Translations under genes and position numbers: made by a program
Notes under the pieces: model-generated
The model's input: the letters and a program-made list of their open reading frames with translations, nothing else
The model's database searches: none
What the model was told of the DNA's origin: nothing
Shown: one piece after another, positions 28,801-37,481 of the stretch
Numbering within the stretch: position 1 is the stretch's first letter
How the letters are laid out: every line of letters begins with the position of its first letter
Source: a virus
Taxonomy: Duplodnaviria > Caudoviricetes
Virus record (IMG/VR): IMGVR_UViG_3300029288_006559
Coordinates: 70,293-134,292 of that record
Strand: one strand, 5' to 3'
Length of the DNA stretch: 64,000 nt

Positions 28801-30620
28801 TTGAGACTTCTGATTCTCCTTCTAATTACACTGTAAGGGGGGTGTATACAGAACTTCTAACAAACAATCCAGGGGAGTTAATTGTTTATTTACCTCTTGA
28901 AAAGGAGTACCCTCTAACTTTAGTAGCTGAAGATTGGAGGAAACTCGATAAAGAGGCAAATTTAAGAACTTTTGCTAAAGCTATAGATGACTATAAAGAT
29001 AATATTATTCATCATATGAAATTTATTATAGATGAGAATTTACCTAAGTTTCAGGTGATATCAAAATACGTAACTATGGATATGTTAGCCCAATTTGCTT
29101 TTAGAACATTTTTTGATGAGTATGGCGTTCCTGAAGAATTAAAAAATGATTCTGAATTTATCGGGGATGTTAAGAAAGTATTCGAAGATGAATTCGGGGC
29201 TAGAATCTGGGAGCCTCCTTATATTGATTGGCTACATTGGTTGCAAAAAGCTTTGAATGATGTTCTTTATTATGTTCACAATCAAAGACACAATGTACAA
29301 CCGGATATGACTGTAAGCGATCAAGAGCTTGCTCGAGATTGGTTTAATTTTTGGTTACAAGATCAAGTTCCTTCTGATATTAAGGGAGCCCCTTGGTTTG
29401 TATCTAAATTTATACCAGCCGTTCGTCAATTGGTTAAAGAACAAGGCTTAGGAGATGTTTTAAGTAGAGATTTTATTCCTCCTCAAACAATGGAAGAGAG
29501 AACTCAGCAAATTATTCATCCTTCTGATACTGGAGAGGGAGAGAAAATCCTAGAAGGAGAGGGGGAAGGATTATTACCAGAAGAAGAAGTAAAAACGCAA
29601 TTTCCCGGGCAGGAAAAGAATGTTAAGTTTTTATCCCCAACCGAAAGACGGAAAACAATTGATAAGTATTTGGATGAGCTTTCTACCGCTCAAGAATCTG
29701 GAGATAATGCAAAGGTAAATGAAATAAAGCAAAAGTTACAAGAATTATCAGCATCTTCTTCGTTGAAGCTATCTTGGGAAGAACTAACAAAAGAAGAAGA
29801 ATTAAAAATAAATATACTTCATGCTATTTATTGTGCAGAAGCTGTATTACCTATATATGAAAATAAATATCCTAATGACAATAGACCTAGATTAGCTATA
29901 GAAGCAGCGAAGACAGTATTAAAATATCCTACTGAAGAGAATAAAGCTAAAGCCAAGGCTGCTGCTTGGGCTGCTGATGATGCTGCTGATGATGCTGGTT
30001 TTGCTTCTCATGCTGCTGCTTATGCCGCTGCTAGGGCTGCTACTTGGGCTGCTGCTTGGGCTGCTGATGCTGCTGCTAATGCAATTAAGTATGCTAAAAA
30101 AGCAGCTAAAGAGGCTAATATAGATATAGATTTCGATAGTTTATTATCTAGAGCTCAATCAGATATATGGGAATATATTAATATATCAAAATCTAGTAAT
30201 ACTAGTGAAGCTAGTAAAGCTAGTTTGAAAGTAGCTTGGGAAGAACAAACACTTCCTCCTCCAAGAGACGATGTCTATCCCTATTCTGTTAAGACTCCGT
30301 CATCACCTAGAATTTCAGGAACATATTTATGGATTTTGAAAAATCTTTATGATAATGGACCTCAAAGAATTATTCAGTTATGGGAGAAATATGTATCTGA
30401 GAGAAAAGGCAAAGATCCTGATAGGTTGAGAGAAAATTATTACGGTCAATCACCTGAGATTCTGAATAGGGGGGTAAGTGTTAAGTATTATCAAGGTGTT
30501 AGTTCTAGGATAAATGATCTTGTTCATTTTGGTTGGATAGGAAAATCTGCAGAAACTAAATACTATTACGTACTATTACCTAAAGGTCTGAAAGAACTGA
30601 AGAAAGCAGGAATGGTATAA
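25803..30620 (+). CDS. 1605-aa polyvalent modular protein (wHTH, pentapeptide repeats, E-x-Q-S-D domain, Imm5-like domain, wHTH), putative virion cargo
   Basis: Domains separated by four [SA]SLK[LV][SA]WEE motifs; lies upstream of the portal. Confidence 0.7.
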   Translation: MPVNNSPSLQINPVIQDVWNKLKTERRPLSVQDFVGLDPKLVANALASLYRQGYVYNVEGLWAPTQATVTNKAKTYTPTEEITGVKLPSKNFFDNYLAPVLSHFLKIHPEYKATFDFLFKNPVYRKGITEDIQKILSREYVKFDPRKATIPRYKYPEILNSVEQALVEELGEINKYHSSLKGKVPSVATNKATADFFNQLMQTQGDQIIANVLNEAGLGRPGHILTEAEIKQTIANGSVKEVIKNKRIDKVVFQDYLYNAISNSSYAKEHNILVEGMGDEDILRIFGMQLQANLKRAADVINNFRSSGLVKKYPGILSGRDLKEANFTLADLSDLMIANSDFTDANFSNAKFDGARIKNNNFYKAKFIDASLVNVAAFEDNIIGQADFQGAAIPKGFPDESNTGIPINLNFHEIAHSEEGLDAALNLKSHSVHSLPLEEEEIDDAKAIMKALHGVLQHRNVLSSLKLSWEEPDPVELAKEMYDSGEWLSYVPSNGKAMKKPRKYQPGELVAKLVDSEHPASGKYYYVASYSTPGTGNYILLNAQGQVRKSQNIRKIELLSPEQKDIVFGQELPTPSLSSLSLTASSLTEAQVQQLRTWIQDPEALPDFLPPDSMNWLVLKNKSGELAAAGLVKAEINKLFGRARNLSAPKEPVISPEEQKKQLQNQSIEQFINKYKDAEEFPVEDVLSLMSETQGELRNLISAYGPMLSQAEARAILYGLASSLNQYHVPKSVTPKKWIKAFPYSVSMNNLSDTGTAHGVAGRGKQFGILIRPNLAQMSPELANSTMIAIEEAGTHLRGALAFSRIMPYHYTSIGYRGTESPTVKNVWFISEMQSDAYQKGNDEIKSKEKARAFRNYFRHWPEVLLGAIITQAQKAGVDEIWMPEGKEVIAKTDASKLKEDSWDYAYDRPAKAYGGRLKSIGDNILLDPGSSYKRTTNMAYVIDISGIKQKASLKVAWEEPEIANNTEELIQLLAPYQVWELSNTTPKFYLYLGEKPSLFETSDSPSNYTVRGVYTELLTNNPGELIVYLPLEKEYPLTLVAEDWRKLDKEANLRTFAKAIDDYKDNIIHHMKFIIDENLPKFQVISKYVTMDMLAQFAFRTFFDEYGVPEELKNDSEFIGDVKKVFEDEFGARIWEPPYIDWLHWLQKALNDVLYYVHNQRHNVQPDMTVSDQELARDWFNFWLQDQVPSDIKGAPWFVSKFIPAVRQLVKEQGLGDVLSRDFIPPQTMEERTQQIIHPSDTGEGEKILEGEGEGLLPEEEVKTQFPGQEKNVKFLSPTERRKTIDKYLDELSTAQESGDNAKVNEIKQKLQELSASSSLKLSWEELTKEEELKINILHAIYCAEAVLPIYENKYPNDNRPRLAIEAAKTVLKYPTEENKAKAKAAAWAADDAADDAGFASHAAAYAAARAATWAAAWAADAAANAIKYAKKAAKEANIDIDFDSLLSRAQSDIWEYINISKSSNTSEASKASLKVAWEEQTLPPPRDDVYPYSVKTPSSPRISGTYLWILKNLYDNGPQRIIQLWEKYVSERKGKDPDRLRENYYGQSPEILNRGVSVKYYQGVSSRINDLVHFGWIGKSAETKYYYVLLPKGLKELKKAGMV
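28653..28683 (+). repeat. 31-nt exact direct repeat, copy 1 (encodes KASLKVAWEE)
   Basis: AAAGCTAGTTTGAAAGTAGCTTGGGAAGAAC, identical at 30216-30246. Confidence 0.9.
30216..30246 (+). repeat. 31-nt exact direct repeat, copy 2
   Basis: Identical to 28653-28683. Confidence 0.9.
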
Positions 30621-31858
30621 TGTTTTGGGAAGAAGATATTATTGTTAGCAGTGTAGAAGAGTTAATTACGCAAGCAGAGCCTGGGCAAATATGGTTAGTT
30701 CAAGGTAGAAAATGTCCTTATCCTTATTTTCATATCATAGATCGTTTACAGCGTTCTTCTCTTGATCGTAGTTTTTATATTAATGGAGGAGCCTTTGCAA
30801 AAAATCTAAATTTTAGTAGTACTATAAATCCTGAAGGAGAAAACTCTCATATTGATGAAAAAGATTTTCCTTTAAAACTGGTAAAAGATTCTACAACAGC
30901 TTCAGAGAAACCTTTAATGGATTACGATTCTACTAGAGGTCAGTGGTTTGTAAACGAACCTGATGCTCCTGCTTTAGATAATAAAGATCTTACTCAAATA
31001 TTTGATACTGATTTGAATTTAAAAGACAAGCAACGTTCTGAAAAAGAAATAGTAGACTTTAGGGATAGAGAAAATCTCCAGCTTGCTTTTAGTAGTTTAA
31101 AATTATCGTGGGAAGAGGATTTTATTTCTCCCCAAAAGGTGTTAGAGTTATTGGATAAAACTATAGCAGAAGAAAATGAACAAGCTACTCAACGGTATAT
31201 AGAAACTATTGAAATTGGAGAAACAGATGCAAAAAAATATTTTGATCCTCTAACAGCTAGTGTAAAAGATTTTTCCGGGGTTCCAGAGGCATCCCAATTT
31301 TTCTCTGCAGAACGCGAACTATTTCATGTTGGAATAGTGTATGATATCATTGCAATTCCTGTAGGTACAGAAGAAATTATTTATTTAGCTATGGGATTAG
31401 GTTCCCCTCCTGTAGAAGCTTCTCTAAAATTATCTACTCCTGAAACGTACACTGACGGAGATGATTTTAATCAAAAGAAGAACGAATATGATAATAGAGC
31501 TTTGCAGTTTCGTCAAGAAGATAGTTTATCTTTAGTTCTACCAAAGGATACGTTAAAAGGAGAGACAGATATAACGTATTTTCCTTCTCCAAAAGTGTAT
31601 CAAGACATTAACGAAAACCCAGGTTATGCGGATATGGCTATTACTGCAGATTTGAAATTAGCTTGGGAAGAAGAAGAATTTAAACCTGGGGATAAGGTAA
31701 AGCTATTAGAGGATTGGCCTCTTGATCAAAATAGTAGGGATATTATTCCCGCGGGTACTGTAGGTAAAATAAACGAATTACCTGGAGCTCAATTTAGTTG
31801 GAAAAGCTTCCGTATTCAGTTAGGTGTAGAACCTTGGGAAATTGAGCGTGTAATGTAA
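30620..31858 (+). CDS. Modular protein with LKLxWEE motifs and a C-terminal KOW/SH3-like domain
   Basis: Starts MFWEE; internal SSLKLSWEE, ASLKLS and ADLKLAWEEEEFKPGDKV. Confidence 0.65.
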   Translation: MFWEEDIIVSSVEELITQAEPGQIWLVQGRKCPYPYFHIIDRLQRSSLDRSFYINGGAFAKNLNFSSTINPEGENSHIDEKDFPLKLVKDSTTASEKPLMDYDSTRGQWFVNEPDAPALDNKDLTQIFDTDLNLKDKQRSEKEIVDFRDRENLQLAFSSLKLSWEEDFISPQKVLELLDKTIAEENEQATQRYIETIEIGETDAKKYFDPLTASVKDFSGVPEASQFFSAERELFHVGIVYDIIAIPVGTEEIIYLAMGLGSPPVEASLKLSTPETYTDGDDFNQKKNEYDNRALQFRQEDSLSLVLPKDTLKGETDITYFPSPKVYQDINENPGYADMAITADLKLAWEEEEFKPGDKVKLLEDWPLDQNSRDIIPAGTVGKINELPGAQFSWKSFRIQLGVEPWEIERVM

Positions 31859-31977
31859 TAATACCAATCTATCTTTCAATCTCTATATTAAGAAATTACA
31901 TATATACATTGTTATTTATTGTTAAATGGCTATTTACACATTTGTAGTATGAATTCTCCTTGTTTTGAAAGGTAAAT

Positions 31978-34900
31978 ATGGGTAGGTTACTTATAGGCGG
32001 TAAATTTGCATTAGTGAAATCCTCCTCCGAAGACGATTTTAAGCGCGCAAGAGAGGGTAATTCTGGTTTAGCGGGCGCTGGATTTATTGACATTCCTAAC
32101 TATGAAGCAAAACGTGGCGTACGGGGTATAAACAAAGTTCAAGATACATTAGCAAAGCAAGCTACCTTTACGGATGTTACACGTAATGCTCCTTTGTTTA
32201 ATGATCCTAGATATACATCTTCTACCTTATCTATTCCTACAGATGAAAGAACTTTAAACGGTCTTTATAGATTCTTTGCAGAAACAGATCCTATTGTAGG
32301 TTCTGCTATTAAATTGCAAACCGAACTTCCTTTAGCTGATTTAAAACTCGGGCAATGCGAAGATCCTGGAGTGCAACAGCATTATGAAGAAATGTGGGAT
32401 AGAATAAGTGGATATAGGTTATTAACGGATATTGCTTCTGAACGATCAGAGATTGGAAATTGCTACCCTTTTGGAGCTTTTAATGAACATGATTATATGT
32501 GGGATCAATTTGCTATCCTTAATCCTGATTATGTTAAAGTAGAATCTACATGGATAAATCAAAAGCCTCTAATAAAATTAATTCCTGATGAAGCATTAAA
32601 AAAGATTGTACAAACACAAAGTCCTTCTTTTATATTTAAGCAGTTACCTCCTGAAATCATAAAGAATGTCTTATTTAACCAAGAAATTCCTTTAGCGTCA
32701 AATAATACATTTCATATTACCCATGCAAAGAGACCTTACGAATTAAGAGGTAGGTCAATTATTAAGCGTATTTTAAAAACTTTAATGCTCGAGGATAGGT
32801 TTAATCAAGCTAATTTTGCTCTTGCTACCAGACATGCTGTTCCTATCACTGTTGTTAAAGTTGGAGACGCTTCAACAGGTTGGTTACCTTCTAACGAAGA
32901 AATCGACTCTGTTAGAGAGGCTTTTTCTGCTTACGATCTTGACCCTAATTTCTGCTATGATGAGGAAACGGAATGCTTAACAAAAGACGGCTGGAAGAAA
33001 TATACGGAATTAAGTAAGCAATCGGAAATAGCTTGCTTCAACCCCAAGACGAATGGTTTAGAGTATCATAAAGCTTCTTATATTAATATTCAAGATTATG
33101 ATAATGTTATGTATCATTTTAAAACCCGTGGTATGGATATGAAAGTTACTCCCAATCATAGAATGTGGGTATTAAGAGATGGAAAGTGGCAGGTTGTTTT
33201 AGCTGAAGATGTTAAGTGTGAAGACCAATTTAGAACTGTAGTAAGTAATTTTGAGTATGATGAAGAATTTCCTAAAACTATAAATGTTGGAAAATATACT
33301 TTAGATATGGGAGATTTCTTCGAATTTGCCGGATGGTATATATCGGAAGGATCATTAGAAACTAAACACAACTATACAGTACACATTACGCAATGTAAAG
33401 AAGATACAAAGGAACAAATTCGCATTTTACTAGAAAAGTGTTTTGGATATGTCGGATATTATGGTAGTAGTTTTCAAATTTGTGGGAAAGATATAGGAGA
33501 GTTTATTTGTAATACTTTTGGTAAAGGATCTAAAACAAAGTTTCTCCCTCAATGGATGTTAAATGCTCCAAAAGAATATCTCGAACGATTATTTGAAGCT
33601 TACCGTTTAGGAGATGGAACTCAATGGAAGTTAAAAAATAAAGAAAACTTTATTGTATTAGCTTCTCAATCAGAAGCGTTAATTGATGCTTTTCAAATAA
33701 TAGCTTTAAAATTAGGTTATGCTAGTAGAAAAAGATTTTTAAATTTGAATTATAAAAAGATGGTAAAAGGAAAGTATCAAAAGAAAAATACTCCTTATAA
33801 AATGTTTTATTTGAATGTGACTAAGTGTAAGGTCATGTCTTATCCTAAAATACCTCACAGACTTAAAGTAGTTAAAGAATTTCCAAAATTAGTAGTAGGA
33901 GTTATTCCTTACTCAAGTTCAAAACGTATTGCTTGGGATAAAGTTAATATTTCTCAATTAGTAAAGCAAACAGGCGGGGTTCTTCGTCCATTAGTTACAG
34001 CTTTTAGAGTAAATGCGGGTACTATTACTACTCAAGCAAGAAAACAAGGAGTAGTTGCTAAAGTAGGGGGAGAAGGTCATGTAAAGGGAGGAAAAGTTTT
34101 TGAACCTAGATATATTAATAAAGTCCCTTATAAAGGTAAGATTTGGTGCGTAACTGTTCCTACGGGAATTATAGTAACCCGCCGAAATGGGAAGGTGTGT
34201 ATTCAGGGAAATTCCTTGTTTTACCACTACGGTATAAATATTGAGTTCTACGGTTCCAATGGCCGTATGTTACCCGTTGGGCCTGAGTTAGATCGTATTT
34301 ATAGATTAAAGTTTATTGGCCTTAATATGCATGAACAATTAATGACCGGAGCCGGGGGAAGTTATTCCCAAGCTTATATTAATTTAGAAGTTCAGCGTCA
34401 GAGGTATCTAAACCTTCAACTCCAACTTGAAACTTTTTATCATCAGGGTGTTTGCAAGCCAGTGGCAGATTTATGTGGATTTTATAGAATTAAACAGCCT
34501 ATTTCTAGTTATACTGGAGTGTCATCAACAAGATATGGTCAAGAAGATAGACGAGAGATAGAGACTTTAAAACAATCTTCTACTTTAAGAGATTTTCAAG
34601 ATAACAAAGAATACAAGCAGTATCAGGCAGCTAAGTTAGCCGAAATTGAAAGTCAAAAAGCTCATCAAGTAAGAGAGTATATTTATCCGAAACTTGACTG
34701 GGGGGGTATGAATGCTGCTACAGATGAGAATTTAAAGAACTATATTAAGTGGTTACAAAAAGAAAGACCTTGGCTTGTTGATGATGCTACTCTTGCCAGG
34801 CTTGGGCGTTTAGATAGAGATACGCAAGAAAAAGCTTATATAAAGGATTTGGAAAGAACACAAGCTCGCTATAAAGAATTATCTAAGAAAGGGTTATTAC

Positions 34901-35226
34901 CTTTTGCTCTTCAAAAAGGCACTCAAAGCCCTGCAGACATGGGGGGAATAGGAGATATTAATGTAGGTCCAACAGGGGGAGGTGAAATGGCAGGTCCTGG
35001 AATGGAAGGAGGAGAACCAAACGCTCCTATGGGAGTTGGAGGTCCTCCAGAAGCAGCTAATGCTCAAGTACCTCCTGCAGGTGTTCAAAGTTCTTTAAAA
35101 GACATGGAAAAAGATGTAACTGCATTTGTTTTTAAAGATGACATGACTATTGGTGCAGAGAACAAGGCTTTGCAAAAAGCTAAAGAATATGAAAGTAAAG
35201 CACTTTTTAGAGTAGTTAACAGGTAA
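31978..35226 (+). CDS. Portal protein with intein
   Basis: YRFFAETDPIVGSAI, GNCYPF, ILNPDYV, RGRSIIKR portal-like motifs; Gly/Pro-rich tail; precedes the head protease. Confidence 0.8.
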   Translation: MGRLLIGGKFALVKSSSEDDFKRAREGNSGLAGAGFIDIPNYEAKRGVRGINKVQDTLAKQATFTDVTRNAPLFNDPRYTSSTLSIPTDERTLNGLYRFFAETDPIVGSAIKLQTELPLADLKLGQCEDPGVQQHYEEMWDRISGYRLLTDIASERSEIGNCYPFGAFNEHDYMWDQFAILNPDYVKVESTWINQKPLIKLIPDEALKKIVQTQSPSFIFKQLPPEIIKNVLFNQEIPLASNNTFHITHAKRPYELRGRSIIKRILKTLMLEDRFNQANFALATRHAVPITVVKVGDASTGWLPSNEEIDSVREAFSAYDLDPNFCYDEETECLTKDGWKKYTELSKQSEIACFNPKTNGLEYHKASYINIQDYDNVMYHFKTRGMDMKVTPNHRMWVLRDGKWQVVLAEDVKCEDQFRTVVSNFEYDEEFPKTINVGKYTLDMGDFFEFAGWYISEGSLETKHNYTVHITQCKEDTKEQIRILLEKCFGYVGYYGSSFQICGKDIGEFICNTFGKGSKTKFLPQWMLNAPKEYLERLFEAYRLGDGTQWKLKNKENFIVLASQSEALIDAFQIIALKLGYASRKRFLNLNYKKMVKGKYQKKNTPYKMFYLNVTKCKVMSYPKIPHRLKVVKEFPKLVVGVIPYSSSKRIAWDKVNISQLVKQTGGVLRPLVTAFRVNAGTITTQARKQGVVAKVGGEGHVKGGKVFEPRYINKVPYKGKIWCVTVPTGIIVTRRNGKVCIQGNSLFYHYGINIEFYGSNGRMLPVGPELDRIYRLKFIGLNMHEQLMTGAGGSYSQAYINLEVQRQRYLNLQLQLETFYHQGVCKPVADLCGFYRIKQPISSYTGVSSTRYGQEDRREIETLKQSSTLRDFQDNKEYKQYQAAKLAEIESQKAHQVREYIYPKLDWGGMNAATDENLKNYIKWLQKERPWLVDDATLARLGRLDRDTQEKAYIKDLERTQARYKELSKKGLLPFALQKGTQSPADMGGIGDINVGPTGGGEMAGPGMEGGEPNAPMGVGGPPEAANAQVPPAGVQSSLKDMEKDVTAFVFKDDMTIGAENKALQKAKEYESKALFRVVNR
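32953..34212 (+). mobile_element. Intein with LAGLIDADG endonuclease (420 aa) in the portal
   Basis: C-YDEETE start, VTPNH, AGWYISEG / EAYRLGDG, ends IQGN followed by Ser. Confidence 0.9.
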
Positions 35227-35240
35227 GGAGAAAAGACATA

Positions 35241-37460
35241 ATGTTAGTTAAGGTGTGTAATCAAGTAGTTACTCCCATTCCTCTTGCACTGCAAACAACT
35301 GCAACAAAAGAACGAAGGGTTATTCCTATTAATTCGAAAGAATTTAGGTACTTACGTTTTCGTGCAATAGGTTGCTCTGAGGTAGCCGGGCAGAATGGAA
35401 ATCACGATTCTTTTCCTTACGGGGAATTTGAAAATGAAACCCCAGGCTATGGCTATAAATCTTTTATCAATAAAAGAGCTCATTGTTTACCTGAAGGAGC
35501 TCTTATACTATTAAAAGATTTTTGTTATAAACCTATAGATATCATGGAAATTGGAGATGAAGTTCGGACACACGATGGAGGATGGAGTAAAGTTTCTAAA
35601 ATATTTGAACATGATATTGATGATAAAATTGTAAAAATAAAAGCTGAGGGTGTATATAAATCTTATTATACTGCAGAACATCCTTTGTGGGTGGTTAAGC
35701 AAAAAATAAAAGCAGATGCTGTAAAAGTAGTTGCTAATTTAAGAAATAATAGTAAAAAGAATAGGTTAGTATCTCAAGAGGAGCAACAAAGTTCTGTATC
35801 TAGTGAAATTGGGGATCCGGAATGGATAAATGCTGAGAATGTAAGTGAAAGGGATCTTGTTGTATTACCTTATCCTGAAATAGAAAGAAAAGTTAATGTA
35901 GAAATCGCTTCTTTAGATGCAGCTAGATTTTTAGGATTTTATTTAGCAGAAGGTTCTGTAGCTGGTAATAAAGGAGTTTGGGGGGATACTTTAAATCAAT
36001 GTTTACAATTTTCTTTTCATAGAAAAGAAACTTCTTATATTGATTTTATATGTAGGTTTGCAAAAGAGAGGAATATAGAAACAACGCAACATATTGCAGC
36101 AGCTTCTAAGAAATTTGGTACTGATAGTTGTGTTATTGTAAATATGTTTTCTTCTGAATATGCAAATATAGCTTCTATACATTGTGGAAAGCTTGCTAAA
36201 TATAAAAGTTTATCAGAAGATATAATGAAAATGCCAAAAGATTGGCAATTAGCCTTTTTAAAAGCATATTTTGAAGGGGATGCTTGTATAAAAGAAGATT
36301 TAGGTATAAGGGGCTCGACAGCATCTAAAGTATTAGCTTTACAGATACAAGAAATGTGCTTATCTCTTGGTATTTGGTGTAATATAGCGGAATATAAGCA
36401 ACATACTCCAAATAATAGTTGGGTAAAAAACTCTTATGGAAATCCTATTTATGTGTATTCTTTTACTACACACGAAGCTGAATTAGTTTTTCCTAATATA
36501 AATTTTTTACATAAAGCAAAAAATTGTGCTGTGTTGAAAACAAATTTCGGTATACTTACTCCTATAAAATTAAAAGAATATTTACCTTATAAAGGAAAAG
36601 TTTACAATATAGAAGTGGAAGAACAAAATTCTTATGTGGTAAATAATATAGCTGTTCACAATTGTGAGCACAATTCTGGCTTAGGTTATGCTGGAAGTAT
36701 AGGAGATTTACCAGATGCTTTTTTAAACAGATTTAGTTTTGAGGGAATTACTCTTCCTACAGAATTTGCTTCGGCAAGAGCATTATCTTGGGAAAAATTA
36801 GCTGGAAAAAAATATGCTAGCCTTCGAGAACAAGTTCTATCTTTACCTAATCAGAAGGATGGATCTATTGAGGTACTAATGCGTATAGATACTAACCTTG
36901 TAAAGAGCGCCACCATTGAGCCAAAGACAAGAGCTTTGCTAGAGCGTATTGTGCGCATGATTGATACAGGGCAACGCTTGACTTGTAGTATGGGGGCTAA
37001 CGTTAAAGAGTCTAGGTGTTCAGTGTGTGGTAATCTAGCTCAATTTTCTTATCAATATTGTGAACACCTGAAACCTACACGTAAGGGAGGACTTTCGATT
37101 GTATCCGCAAATCAGGTTAGAGATTTACTAGATAAGGACTATTTGCGTCCTGAGTGGTTAAAACATTTAATAGCTAGTAGCTACGATGTTCAAGAGATTT
37201 TAAAAGGGGCTAGCAATAAAGGAGTTGCTGCTAGAAACATAGAAATTAATCACGGGGTTTCTTTCTTTGAATTATCCGTTGTTGCCACACCTGCTTATCC
37301 TGATGCTATTGCGTTGGAGAAATTAGCAAGGCAGCAAAATGAAAGTTCTTCAGAATGGATAAAAAGACTATCTTCAGTGCTTACAAATAATGAAGCTTTA
37401 GATTTGTATGCTGAATTACAGAAAAGAGGATTGATCAGTAACTTGTGTTCTATTTCATAA
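35241..37460 (+). CDS. Prohead/capsid maturation protease with intein (spliced product about 346 aa)
   Basis: NGNHDSFP, YKSF...H|CEH, SMGA...CSVCG...CEH, FFELSVVATPA; directly after the portal. Confidence 0.75.
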   Translation: MLVKVCNQVVTPIPLALQTTATKERRVIPINSKEFRYLRFRAIGCSEVAGQNGNHDSFPYGEFENETPGYGYKSFINKRAHCLPEGALILLKDFCYKPIDIMEIGDEVRTHDGGWSKVSKIFEHDIDDKIVKIKAEGVYKSYYTAEHPLWVVKQKIKADAVKVVANLRNNSKKNRLVSQEEQQSSVSSEIGDPEWINAENVSERDLVVLPYPEIERKVNVEIASLDAARFLGFYLAEGSVAGNKGVWGDTLNQCLQFSFHRKETSYIDFICRFAKERNIETTQHIAAASKKFGTDSCVIVNMFSSEYANIASIHCGKLAKYKSLSEDIMKMPKDWQLAFLKAYFEGDACIKEDLGIRGSTASKVLALQIQEMCLSLGIWCNIAEYKQHTPNNSWVKNSYGNPIYVYSFTTHEAELVFPNINFLHKAKNCAVLKTNFGILTPIKLKEYLPYKGKVYNIEVEEQNSYVVNNIAVHNCEHNSGLGYAGSIGDLPDAFLNRFSFEGITLPTEFASARALSWEKLAGKKYASLREQVLSLPNQKDGSIEVLMRIDTNLVKSATIEPKTRALLERIVRMIDTGQRLTCSMGANVKESRCSVCGNLAQFSYQYCEHLKPTRKGGLSIVSANQVRDLLDKDYLRPEWLKHLIASSYDVQEILKGASNKGVAARNIEINHGVSFFELSVVATPAYPDAIALEKLARQQNESSSEWIKRLSSVLTNNEALDLYAELQKRGLISNLCSIS
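35484..36662 (+). mobile_element. Intein with LAGLIDADG endonuclease (393 aa) in the prohead protease
   Basis: C-LPEG start, TAEHP, LGFYLAEG / KAYFEGD, ends AVHN followed by Cys. Confidence 0.92.
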
Positions 37461-37481
37461 CTAATTAGAAGGATTTATTAT

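Noticed and set aside
29955-30080. GCT-rich tandem repeat as a CRISPR array or DGR variable region
   Set aside because: It encodes the Ala-rich tail typical of Imm5-like domains; no repeat-spacer structure and no reverse transcriptase in the window
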